From Candidatus Iainarchaeum sp. (lineage in GTDB: Archaea; Iainarchaeota; Iainarchaeia; Iainarchaeales; CSSED10-239): DNA of 32,000 nucleotides. The notes beneath the pieces are model-generated. The model had not been told where the DNA came from. It made no database searches and saw only the letters and a list, made by a program, of their open reading frames with translations. Every line of letters begins with the position of its first letter. Position 1 is the stretch's first letter. Below are positions 18,680 through 28,200 of this stretch, piece by piece. The DNA is taken from positions 15,505 through 47,504 of the forward strand of contig JAQVTI010000006.1 of NCBI GenBank assembly GCA_028700115.1. The letters run 5' to 3'. A program made the translations under genes and the position numbers.

Positions 18680-19588
18680 ATGGTTTTAAAAATATTTTTA
18701 GATGTTGTTTTAGGAGAAAGTTTAGTATCTCAGACAACATCAAATATTTTTACAATGATCCCTCAAAATCTATTTTTTTATTTATTTCTATTTATATGTT
18801 TTTTAATTCTTATTTTAGTAATTTCTTTTTTAATAATTCCATTATTTAAACAAAGTCCTGAAAAACTTTATAAAAAATATATTTGTGTTAGACAAAATCT
18901 TGAAAAAATTGATTTTCTTCATGAATCTAAAAAAATTAGTTTTGATATGTATGTTTCTTTACAATTTTATTATGCTAAAGAATATGAAAAATTAGTAAAA
19001 TTATTAATTAAAGATCCTATTTATAAAAAAATGTTACAAAATTATAAAATTAAAGACAATTCTAAAGCAGAAATAGAAAATGTTCTAAAAATTAAAAATA
19101 TTGAAAATCAAAATATAAAACTTATAAATACATTATTTAATTCTCTTATTCCAAAAGCAAAATTTTATAAAAAAGAAGAAATTATTCAAGCTATTTTAGA
19201 TGAGGGTATTTCTAAAGATATAGCTAATACAGTAATAGAATTACTAGAAAAGAAAAATATTAAGTTTAATAGTGCTGTTGCAGAAGAAAAAGAAAGTAAA
19301 GTTTCTTTATTTTTGAATGCTCTTTTTACAAAAACAACAAAAGTACCTCTAAAAAATGAATCAAATATATATAAATTAGATGATATTAATATAAATTCAT
19401 CAAATAAAATTTCTGAAATTGATACATCTTCAATTGATTCAGATATTCAAAAAATTATTCCTTCTAAAAATAAAAATATTTGGAAATTTTTTATAAATAT
19501 TTTTAAGTCTAATAATGAAAAAAATCATACTGTTTCTGAAATTAATGATATTTTTAAAGATATTGAATATGAATTAAATAAAAAATAA
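18680..19588 (+). CDS. Hypothetical membrane-anchored protein
   Basis: N-terminal TM helix (NLFFYLFLFICFLILILVISFLIIPLF) followed by a cytosolic helical region. Confidence 0.65.
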   Translation: MVLKIFLDVVLGESLVSQTTSNIFTMIPQNLFFYLFLFICFLILILVISFLIIPLFKQSPEKLYKKYICVRQNLEKIDFLHESKKISFDMYVSLQFYYAKEYEKLVKLLIKDPIYKKMLQNYKIKDNSKAEIENVLKIKNIENQNIKLINTLFNSLIPKAKFYKKEEIIQAILDEGISKDIANTVIELLEKKNIKFNSAVAEEKESKVSLFLNALFTKTTKVPLKNESNIYKLDDININSSNKISEIDTSSIDSDIQKIIPSKNKNIWKFFINIFKSNNEKNHTVSEINDIFKDIEYELNKK

Positions 19589-19597
19589 TTATTATTT

Positions 19598-19750
19598 TTA
19601 TTCTCTAGAATTAATTAATATAACTATTCCAATAATTATTAATATCAATCCTAAATATATATTTAATTTAGATAATATTCCTGGAAGGCTTGGTATATAC
19701 ATTCCAATACCTATACCCATAATAATACCACTTGCAAGTGTTTTACCCAT
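19598..19750 (-). CDS. Small 50-aa two-TM membrane protein (absent from the ORF track)
   Basis: Minus strand ATG..TAA: MGKTLASGIIMGIGIGMYIPSLPGILSKLNIYLGLILIIIGIVILINSRE; GAGG-like sequence just upstream of the start. Confidence 0.6.
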   Translation of the reverse strand: MGKTLASGIIMGIGIGMYIPSLPGILSKLNIYLGLILIIIGIVILINSRE

Positions 19751-19867
19751 ATATTTTCCTCTTTTTTCTTTTATTTATAATATATATTTTTATTTTTTTT
19801 ATAATATATTTACTCATTAGATTTATATTATTAATGATTTATATTATTTTATAAGGGGTATTTTAAA

Positions 19868-20590
19868 ATGAATAATATTATTTTTGGATTATATGATGTT
19901 TTAATTAAAGGTAAATTAAATAAAGATATAGATTTTTCATATTTAGATGATTTATCAAAATATTTAATATCAAAAAAAGTTAATTTATATCTAGTAACTG
20001 GTCTTTTAGAAGATAAATGTAATGAAATTATAGATTTATTTTCTTTAGATAAATTTTTTAAAAAAGAAAATATTATTTTTATAAATCAAGAATATTTAGA
20101 TTCTCTTTCTGAGATTGATAAAAAGATAAGATTTAATAAATTTAAAGAAGATTTATTTTATCATGATGATTATCATAAAGTTTATTTTATAAATAATCAT
20201 AAAAATTTAAATTCAGGAAATACATTATTTGTTGGACACGACTTATGGACCGATGCATTTTATATTAGTAGATATACAAAAGCGAATGTAATACTCTTAA
20301 AAGAGACTTTATCTTATAATAATTTTTTTTATAAGAAAGATTTTAAAACAATTTATACAATTTCTTCAGATTTTATTTCGTTTAAAAATTTTTTAGAATC
20401 TGGGAAGTTATTTGATTATTCTGCATTAAATAATTTTGCACATAAAAAAATATATGGTCAAATGGTTGGTCAAATTAATTTTGGGAATATAGATTTTGGT
20501 AAAGTTGTTGAAAAATATTATAAAAGCAAAAAAGATATAAATTCTAAAGATATTAATTTATTTAAAGATTCTAAAAATTTAGATAAATAA
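19868..20590 (+). CDS. Divergent HAD-like protein, catalytic Asp motif apparently degenerate
   Basis: NNIIFGLYDVLIKG at the HAD motif I position and NTLFVGHDLWTDAFYISRYTKANVILL resembling motif III/IV. Confidence 0.45.
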   Translation: MNNIIFGLYDVLIKGKLNKDIDFSYLDDLSKYLISKKVNLYLVTGLLEDKCNEIIDLFSLDKFFKKENIIFINQEYLDSLSEIDKKIRFNKFKEDLFYHDDYHKVYFINNHKNLNSGNTLFVGHDLWTDAFYISRYTKANVILLKETLSYNNFFYKKDFKTIYTISSDFISFKNFLESGKLFDYSALNNFAHKKIYGQMVGQINFGNIDFGKVVEKYYKSKKDINSKDINLFKDSKNLDK

Positions 20591-20643
20591 TTTTACAAAA
20601 ATATTATTTATTTTAAAAATTTATATTGAAAAAAGTGTGTTTT

Positions 20644-21888
20644 ATGGAAATAAAAAATATAAAGGCTATAAGAATAATTGATTCTAGAGGTGTTCCTACA
20701 ATTAAAACTTTTGTTGAAACAAAAAATTCTATTGAAAGTGCAAGTGTTCCTTCTGGGACTTCTTCTGGTGATTTTGAAGCTTTAGAGCTTAGGGATAATT
20801 CTAAGTCTTTTTTTAAAATGGATGTTTTAAAAGCTATAAAAAATGTAAATACTATTATTAATTCTGCTTTAAAGGGAGATTTTGTTTTAGATCAAAAAGA
20901 AATTGATAATAAATTAATAAAATTAGATGGAACTTCTAATAAATCTAAGCTTGGTGCAAATGCGATTTTATCTGTTAGTCTTGCTTGTGCAAAGGTTGCT
21001 GCAAAAGAATTAGATATTCCTTTATATTTATATTTGTCTCGATTAAATAATACTAAAAAATTAAAATTTCCAACACCTTTTTTAAATATTATAAATGGGG
21101 GTCTTCATTCTGGGGGGAATTTTCTTGCATTTCAAGAATTTCAAATAATTCCAGAAAAATTTAAGTCTTTTGAAGATAAAATTAAAGCATCTTGTGAAGT
21201 ATATAATTGTTTAAAAGAAATAATTTCTAAAAAATTAGGTTCTTCTTCTACAAATGTAGGGTATGAGGGTGGTTTTGTTCCTATTTTAAAAAAACAAGAT
21301 GAGTTTATGGCTTTAGATTTAATTCAATTAGCAATTGATAAATTAAAGTATTCTAAAGAAATAAGTTTAGGTTTAGATTGTGCTGCAAATTCTTTTTATA
21401 ATAAAGATTCTAAAAAATATTTTTTTGATTCTAATTCTTTTTCTTCTGATGATTTAATTAATTATTATTCTGATCTTTTAAAAACATATAATATAAAAGC
21501 AATAGAAGATCCTTTTTCTGAAACAGATAAATCTTCTTGGAAAAAATTTACTTCTAAATTTTCTTCTAAAATTAAAATAATTGGAGATGATCTTTTAGTT
21601 ACAAATCCAAAATTTATAAATCAAGCTATTAAAAATAAATTTTGTAATTCTTTGCTTTTAAAAGTTAATCAAATAGGAACTTTAACAGAAAGTATAAATT
21701 CTTTTAATATTGCAAAAAAAGCAAATTGGGATGTAGAAATATCTCATAGATCTGGAGAAACAGAAGATACTTTTATTGCAGATTTAGCATATGGTTTATC
21801 TTCTGAATATATTAAGTTTGGTGCTCCTTCTAGAAGTGAAAGAACTTCTAAATATAATAGACTTATTGAAATTGAATCTTTTTTATAG
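20644..21888 (+). CDS. eno: Enolase
   Basis: IIDSRGVPTIKTFVET, SVPSGTSSGDFEALELRD, LNIINGGLHSGGN, EDPFSETDKSSW, VNQIGTLTES, ISHRSGETEDTFIADLA. Start ATG 20644 gives the canonical N-terminus. Confidence 0.95.
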   Translation: MEIKNIKAIRIIDSRGVPTIKTFVETKNSIESASVPSGTSSGDFEALELRDNSKSFFKMDVLKAIKNVNTIINSALKGDFVLDQKEIDNKLIKLDGTSNKSKLGANAILSVSLACAKVAAKELDIPLYLYLSRLNNTKKLKFPTPFLNIINGGLHSGGNFLAFQEFQIIPEKFKSFEDKIKASCEVYNCLKEIISKKLGSSSTNVGYEGGFVPILKKQDEFMALDLIQLAIDKLKYSKEISLGLDCAANSFYNKDSKKYFFDSNSFSSDDLINYYSDLLKTYNIKAIEDPFSETDKSSWKKFTSKFSSKIKIIGDDLLVTNPKFINQAIKNKFCNSLLLKVNQIGTLTESINSFNIAKKANWDVEISHRSGETEDTFIADLAYGLSSEYIKFGAPSRSERTSKYNRLIEIESFL

Positions 21889-21890
21889 AT

Positions 21891-22058
21891 TTATTTTTTT
21901 TTAAGCATTGGAAGTCCAGTTTTAGAATTTTCAATAACTTTATATTTATCTGGAAGATCTATTGATTCTTTTTCATCTCCTGAAAAGAAAAATAAATGCC
22001 CTTTTTTATGCAAATAATATATTTTTCCGTTTTTTTTATTTATTTGTGAATACCCCAT
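21891..22058 (-). CDS. Small 55-aa hypothetical protein (absent from the ORF track)
   Basis: Minus strand MGYSQINKKNGKIYYLHKKGHLFFFSGDEKESIDLPDKYKVIENSKTGLPMLKKK*; preceded by GAGGTG. Confidence 0.65.
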   Translation of the reverse strand: MGYSQINKKNGKIYYLHKKGHLFFFSGDEKESIDLPDKYKVIENSKTGLPMLKKK

Positions 22059-22232
22059 TTTTAAAAACACCTCTTTTTTTTTAAAAAACTAAATATACTA
22101 TTTTCCGAATCTTTTTTAAATGTTTATAATTTTTTTTTAATTTTTTAACATTAACTAAATAACGAAAGCTTTTTATAAACATTTATAAATATTTTTATTT
22201 ATAAGATAATTATATTTTATAGTATCTTAAAA

Positions 22233-22316
22233 TATTTAAAAAAATATTTAAAAAAATATTTAAAAAAATATTTAAAAAAATATTTAAAAAAATATTTAAA
22301 AAAATATTTAAAAAAA
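22233..22316 (+). repeat. Seven perfect copies of the 12-mer tatttaaaaaaa immediately upstream of the 22329 gene
   Basis: Unit starts at 22233, 22245, 22257, 22269, 22281, 22293 and 22305, ending next to tttggtggtttaatg. Confidence 0.97.
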
Positions 22317-22328
22317 TTTGGTGGTTTA

Positions 22329-23174
22329 ATGGCAGAAGATGACTTTGATATTTCAGAAGCTCCAGTTTCTAGTTCTGGGGGAAAATTTAAGATTAAACTT
22401 GAAACATTAATTCCTATTTTGATTATTGTAGCAGTTGTTTTATTTTTAGTATTTAAAACAAATATTTTTTCAGAAGGAACAAATATTTTTGGAGGGCAAA
22501 AAGCTTCTATTCTTGTGATAGGTAGTCCTACTCCTGAATTAACTTCTATTTTAAAAGATTTTGAAAATAAAGATTTAATTAAAGAAGCAAGACAACTTTC
22601 TGCAAGTGATTTAGTTCATAATCCTAAAGATAGAATTAAAAATTATGATATTATTATTTTAGATCAAAGTATGTCTTTAGATAAATCAATTTCAAGAACA
22701 ACAGGCGAGGCAATTACTAGTTTTGTACAATCTGGTGGTAGTTTGATTGTTGTTTTAAATTCAGGAATTGAAAGAACTGGAGATGCATCAGTTATTGGTT
22801 GGAAAGCTACTTTTGGGGATATTGTTCCTGTAACTTGTGAGGCTTCTATTTTTAGTGTTCCAAGTTGTAAACAAACTTTAAGAGTAAATGGTACTATTTT
22901 TGCAAATAGGTATGATAGTAAGCAAGGTGGTTATAAGATCATGTATGGTATTGAAAAAGTACCGGCTATGGAATCTTTTGGACTTATAAGTACAGAAGCA
23001 TATCCTGTTCATGCAGAAGGTACAGAAATAGCTTATTTACTAGATGCAAGAACTGGAATGACATATACTGCTATTGTTGAAAAACCATTACTTTTAGGAA
23101 AAGTTATTTATTTTAATTTTAATCCTGGTCTTTCAGAAGCAATATTAATTAATACAATTAAATATTTAAGTTAG
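22329..23174 (+). CDS. Membrane-anchored protein with a GATase-like/ThuA-like domain
   Basis: Single TM (LIPILIIVAVVLFLVF) then ILVIGSPTPEL...YDIIILDQSMS...ITSFVQSGGSLIVVLNSG...GKVIYFNFNPG; preceded by GGTGG. Confidence 0.6.
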   Translation: MAEDDFDISEAPVSSSGGKFKIKLETLIPILIIVAVVLFLVFKTNIFSEGTNIFGGQKASILVIGSPTPELTSILKDFENKDLIKEARQLSASDLVHNPKDRIKNYDIIILDQSMSLDKSISRTTGEAITSFVQSGGSLIVVLNSGIERTGDASVIGWKATFGDIVPVTCEASIFSVPSCKQTLRVNGTIFANRYDSKQGGYKIMYGIEKVPAMESFGLISTEAYPVHAEGTEIAYLLDARTGMTYTAIVEKPLLLGKVIYFNFNPGLSEAILINTIKYLS

Positions 23175-23200
23175 ATTTTTTAGAAATAAAAAATCTTTTT
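23173..23200 (+). terminator. AT-only-stem terminator-like hairpin plus T-tract, overlapping the stop codon
   Basis: agatttttt(23173-23181)-agaaat-aaaaaatct(23188-23196) followed by T-run; near-identical copy at 25133. Confidence 0.5.
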
Positions 23201-23309
23201 TTTATTTTTTTCTTAAATATATTTTTTATAATTAAAATAAACCTTTTTAAATACTTCTTATCTATAATTATTATAGTTAAGACCTTATTCTTATTAAATC
23301 TAAATTAAT

Positions 23310-23377
23310 AATTGTTAGGTTTTATTCCGCAAAAATATAAAAAATTACTGCCTATGTGCAGGAGGTGCGTAACAATT
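23310..23377 (+). promoter_or_regulatory. Possible structured leader of the L1-L10-L12 operon
   Basis: aattgtta (23310-23317) is complementary to taacaatt (23370-23377), which includes the first bases of the TTG start; the enclosed region contains GGAGGTG and a ctgc-ctatgt-gcag hairpin. Confidence 0.4.
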
Positions 23378-24029
23378 GGATAAAAAAAATGTAGAGAAGG
23401 CTTTAGTTCAAGTTTTTGATTTTTCTAAGAAAAGAAATTTTGATGAGTCTTTAGATGTGATTTTTACTTTTAAAAATCTAAATCTTAAAAATCCAGAACA
23501 TAGAGTTGATTTTAGTGTAACTATACCTAATCCTTTTATTAAAGATATTAAAACATTAGCTTTTGTAAAAGATAAAAATTTATTAGAAGGTTTAAAAGGT
23601 GTTGTAGATAAAATTGTTCTAGATGAAGATATCTCTAAGATGTCTAAAAAAGAAAAAAAGCAAATGGCAAATAGTTATGACTTCTTTTTAGCAGAAGGAC
23701 CTGTTATGTTAACTGTAGGGCGATTTTTAGGACAATTTTTAAGTCCAAAAGGAAAAATGCCTTTAATTGTTCCTAATCCTGAAGTTGCAAAAGCTATGAT
23801 TCAATCTGCAAAGTCAACAATTAAAATAAATAATAAAAGAAATAAGACTTCTGTTTCTATTCAAACAAGAATTGGAAAGAAAAGTCAAACTTCTTTAAAA
23901 GTTGCAGAAAATATTATGACTATTTATAATTCATTAGTTGATAAATTACCTGCAGGTGAACAAAATTTTAAAAATATTTATGTAAAAACTACTATGAGTT
24001 CACCAGTAAAGGTTGGTGATAATAAATGA
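23376..24029 (+). CDS. rpl1: 50S ribosomal protein L1 (TTG start)
   Basis: Sequence and operon order with L10 and L12; TTG start 8 nt after GGAGGTG; RNKTSVSIQTRIGKKSQTSLKVAENIMTIY, VKTTMSSPVKV. Confidence 0.93.
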   Translation: MDKKNVEKALVQVFDFSKKRNFDESLDVIFTFKNLNLKNPEHRVDFSVTIPNPFIKDIKTLAFVKDKNLLEGLKGVVDKIVLDEDISKMSKKEKKQMANSYDFFLAEGPVMLTVGRFLGQFLSPKGKMPLIVPNPEVAKAMIQSAKSTIKINNKRNKTSVSIQTRIGKKSQTSLKVAENIMTIYNSLVDKLPAGEQNFKNIYVKTTMSSPVKVGDNK

Positions 24030-24829
24030 CTAAACATATTAAACAATGGAGAATAGATCAATTTAGTCAAATTAATAAATTAATATCAGACTATAAAGTT
24101 ATTGGTATTGGTGATCTAGAAAATTTTCCATCAGCTTTACTTCATAAATTAAGAAAAAAATTACCTGATGTTAAATTTAAAGTTACAAATCGAAATGTTT
24201 TAAAAAGAGTTTTAGATTCTTTAAACCATAAAGATATTTTAGAAATTTTACCAAAGCAACCAATAATTATTTTAACAAATGATAATGCTTTTGAACTTTA
24301 TGCAAATATAAAGAAAAATAAAGCAAGATCTAAAGCTAAAGTTGGTATGGTTTCTCCAATAGATATTATTATTCCTGAAGGAGACACAGGACTTGCACCT
24401 GGACCAGCTCTTTCTGATTTAAAGAAAGTCGGTTTAAAAGCTCAAGTTAAAGGACCTACAATATATATTACAAAAGATGCTGTTGTTACTTCAAAAGGAG
24501 AAATAATTAGTTCTGATGTTGTAAGTACTTTATCAAAATTAGATATTAAACCAATTGAATTAATTTTAGAAATTTCTGGAGTTAAAGAAGATGGTTTAAT
24601 ATATAATAAAGATATATTAAATATTGATGCAGAAGATATCTTTAACCAATTTACTATTGCTTTTAGAAGTAGTGTAAATTTAGCTGTTGAGATAGGATAT
24701 ATTGTAAAAGAAACAATAGAACCTTTAATTATGTCTGCAGAATTAAAAGCAAAAGCTTTACAAATAGAAGTTGATTTAAAATCTTCTTCTGAAAAATCTT
24801 CTATAGATAAAAATGAGGAGAATAATTAA
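24026..24829 (+). CDS. rpl10: 50S ribosomal protein L10 (P0)
   Basis: MTKHIKQWRIDQFSQINKLISDYKVIGIGDLENFPSALLHKLRKKL, PEGDTGLAPGPALSDLKKVGLKAQVKGPTIYI. Confidence 0.96.
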   Translation: MTKHIKQWRIDQFSQINKLISDYKVIGIGDLENFPSALLHKLRKKLPDVKFKVTNRNVLKRVLDSLNHKDILEILPKQPIIILTNDNAFELYANIKKNKARSKAKVGMVSPIDIIIPEGDTGLAPGPALSDLKKVGLKAQVKGPTIYITKDAVVTSKGEIISSDVVSTLSKLDIKPIELILEISGVKEDGLIYNKDILNIDAEDIFNQFTIAFRSSVNLAVEIGYIVKETIEPLIMSAELKAKALQIEVDLKSSSEKSSIDKNEENN

Positions 24830-24843
24830 AATAGGTGAATTTT

Positions 24844-25134
24844 ATGGATTATATATATGCAGCATTATTACTTCATAATGCAAATAAAGAAATAAATGAA
24901 GAAAATGTTAAAAAGGTATTAACTTCTGTAGGTATTTCAGTTGATGATGCTAAATTAAAAGGATTAGTTGCAACTTTAAAAAATGTTGATATTAAAGAAG
25001 CAATTTCAAAAGCTTCAATGCCAGTTGCATCTGCTACTATTGAAACAAAAGTAGAAGATAAAAAAGAAGAACCTGAAGAAGAAGTTGTTTCAGAAGAAGC
25101 TGCTGCTGAAGGTTTAGGTTCATTATTTGGTTAG
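24844..25134 (+). CDS. rpl12: 50S ribosomal protein L12 (P1/P2 type)
   Basis: MDYIYAALLLHNANKEINEENVKKVLTSVGI...EEAAAEGLGSLFG. ATG 24844 preferred over the listed GTG 24835, which lies in the AGGTG SD. Confidence 0.96.
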   Translation: MDYIYAALLLHNANKEINEENVKKVLTSVGISVDDAKLKGLVATLKNVDIKEAISKASMPVASATIETKVEDKKEEPEEEVVSEEAAAEGLGSLFG

Positions 25135-25160
25135 ATTTTTTAGGAATAAAAAATCTTTTT
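25133..25160 (+). terminator. Second copy of the terminator-like hairpin plus T-tract
   Basis: agatttttt(25133-25141)-aggaat-aaaaaatct(25148-25156) followed by T-run; starts inside the L12 TAG stop. Confidence 0.5.
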
Positions 25161-25230
25161 TTTCTTTTTCTTTTTATTTTTATTTAAAGTATATCTTTAA
25201 ATATTTAATTATATTAAAATATATTTAGAT

Positions 25231-28200
25231 ATGCCATTAAGAAGACCAATTTCTAAAAAACAAATAAAACCTAATTTTAATGTAAAGTTTAGTGTGCAAA
25301 ATAATTTAAACTCTAAACAAAAACAAGCTCTTTTTAATTATTATAAGAAAAAACTTGAAGAAAAAAGAGAGTTAGAAAGACAAAAATAACTTCTTGAAGA
25401 TAGAAAAAAAGAAAATTCTATTCAAAAAGAAAAACATTGTTTAAAACCTATTTCTAAAATAAGACATTTAAATAAGAAAAATATTAATAAATTATCTTTA
25501 GAAAGATTAGATAAATTAATTTATTTTTGTGATAAGTTACTTGAAAAATATTCAAAAGAACTTTTAGATTTAAGAAATAAAAAGCAAATAATTCCATTAT
25601 CTTATGGTGAAGAAATTAATTTTATTAAAGAAATTTTAAAATTATCTAAAAAAAGAAAAACTACTTTAGAAAATAAAATAAAAACTACATCTGAAGCTTT
25701 AAAAGAAAGTGAATTTATTAAACAAAAGGAAAATATTTCTAAAAAAGAAGAAATATCTAAAGAAACAAAAGTTGTTAAATTAAAACCAGAATACAAAAAA
25801 GAAGAGGTTAAAACAGAGACAAATAAAAATACTAAAAATATTATAAAAAAAGAAAAAGAAATACAAATTGAAAGAGAAAAAATAGAAGTAGAAAAAAGAA
25901 ATAAAATAAAACTACAAGAAATACATAAAGAGATTTTAAAAGCAGATCTAAAACTTAAAAAGATACAAAATATCACAAAGTCTAAAATAAATCATTTTAA
26001 TGAAAGTAAACTAAATAGATTTAAAGAATATCTTGAGAATATTTTAGAAGAATATAATGGTAGTTTCAATAAATTTAAACAAAATAAATTAGCTGTGCCA
26101 ATGGAGTTAGTTAGTAAAATTAATTTTATAAAAAAAGTTAAAGAATATACAGAAAAAAGAGCAGAATTTATAGAATATAAAAAACAACAAGAAATAAAAC
26201 TTGAAGCTACAAATAATAGAGTTATTAAAAATAGTGTTGAAAATAAAGAAACTAATAAAAAAAATTTATTTGAAAAAATATTTAGAAAAAAAGAAAAGGT
26301 AATTAAAAATGAATCAAAAATAAATGTAGAACTAATTAAAAAAATTAATGAAACTAAAAAAGAGTTAAGTAAATTTGGAATACAGGTTAAAGATGAAAAA
26401 ATATTATTTGAAATTACTAAACAATTAGAAAAAGTGGAGTCTGAACATAAAAGAACATTCTTACAATATGGAGTGGCAAATGTCTTAGAACAAAAACCTT
26501 CTCTTGAGGCTCTTTCAGAAATTACTAAACAATTAGAAAAAGTGGAGTCTGAACATAAAGAAAACTTCTTACAATATGGAGTGGCAAATGTCCTAGAACA
26601 AAAACCTTCTCTTGAGGCTCTTTCAGAAATTACTAAACAATTAGAAAAAGTGGAGTCTGAACATAAAGAAAACTTCTTATATTATGGAGTGGCAAATGTC
26701 CTAGAACAAAAACCTTCTCTTGAGGCTCTTTCAGAAATTACTAAACAATTAGAAAAAGTGGAGTCTGAGCATAAAGATTACTTCTTACAATATGGAGTGG
26801 CAAATGTCCTAGAACAAAAACCATCACTTATTGAATTTAAACAAGATATTTTATTATTTAAAAGATTATTAGATAAAAATATATCTTTAGAGTTATTTAA
26901 TATATTTAGTTCAAAAAAATATATAGAATATACTCAAAACAGACGTAAAAATTATAAAAATTTTAGAAATTTAATTGAATCTATAAATTCTTTTAGTGAG
27001 TGGAAAACTAAAGATTTAGATATTTATTCTGGATATAATTTAACTGCAAAAGATACTGATAAAAATTTTAGTTTTAGATTAAAACCAGAAAAATTTAAAG
27101 AGATTTGGAATAAATATAACAACTATAATGAAAAACCTATTCTTTCAACTTCTTTAGGTAAAAAAAATATTACTTTTTCTCTAAAACAAAAACAAGAAAG
27201 TAAATTAAGACTTACTTCTAAATTAAATCCAAATGTGATTAATAAATATATAAATATGATAGATACTTCTAAAAGAACAAATACACAGAGGTACATGACT
27301 ATTTTACAATTAGAAAATCCAACTAAGTTTAAAGAAAATATGAAAAAAAATAGTTTTGTTAGACAAATAGAATCTTTAAATAATAAACAATTGTTAGAAA
27401 AAATAAATGAAACAATAATAGATCTAGCAAAACAAAATAAACATTCATTAATTAAGCCTGTTTTAGAACAGGCTATGCCTTTAATTTTAGAAAATAGAAA
27501 TATATCTTTAAATACAAAAATAAATTTAGAAAATCTTGAAGAAGCTAGAGCATTTATCACAAATTTATCTGAGTTTCTAGGAAATGATCTAAAAGAATAT
27601 GTTAAGGAAAATATTAGTCTTAGTGAAAAAGATTTAAATAAAATAAATGAAACTTTAGAGACTACAAGAAAAACATATAAAGGTAAAGATGAAGAGAATA
27701 ATATAGTTTATAAAAAAGAAAAAGTGCCGTCTGATTTAGAACTTGAAAGAAAGAAGTTTAAAGTGGAAGGTGGAACAAAAAAAGAAGAATTTGAACTTCA
27801 GACTTCAAAAACAGTTATGGATGCTTTGTGTGGACAAACTGGAGAGACTTGTTTATCTACAAACTATGATGTTTCTTTTATAGAAAATGAAAATTTTCAA
27901 CCGATTACAATTATAAATAAGAAAACTAAAAAAGCAGATGGTTCAATTTATGCTTATTTGACTAAAGTAAATGGAAAAAAAGCAATTGTGTCTTTAGGAA
28001 TTGAACCTAAGATGAGAATGGTAAATGATTCTTCTTCTGCAACTAAACTTACTGAAACTCTAGTTGAGGCTTTAAAAAAAGTTGCAGAAATTAATGGAAT
28101 TAAAAGTGTTTATATTTCTGGAGAGTCTGGAGAAGTTTCAAATAGAAATGATGTTTTAAATTATTTGAATAAAAAATATATTGAAAATAAACAATCTATT

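Noticed and set aside
25602-25976. Minus-strand ORF of 124 aa
   Set aside because: Antisense shadow of the Lys/Glu-rich coiled-coil frame; Phe/Ser/Leu-rich product with no recognisable motif.
26410-26841. Considered as CRISPR-like repeats
   Set aside because: Units are 108 bp, contiguous, in frame and protein-coding; no spacers and no cas genes in the window.
27123-27560. Minus-strand ORF of 145 aa
   Set aside because: Antisense inside the coiled-coil gene; hydrophobic composition is what reversed Lys-rich codons give.
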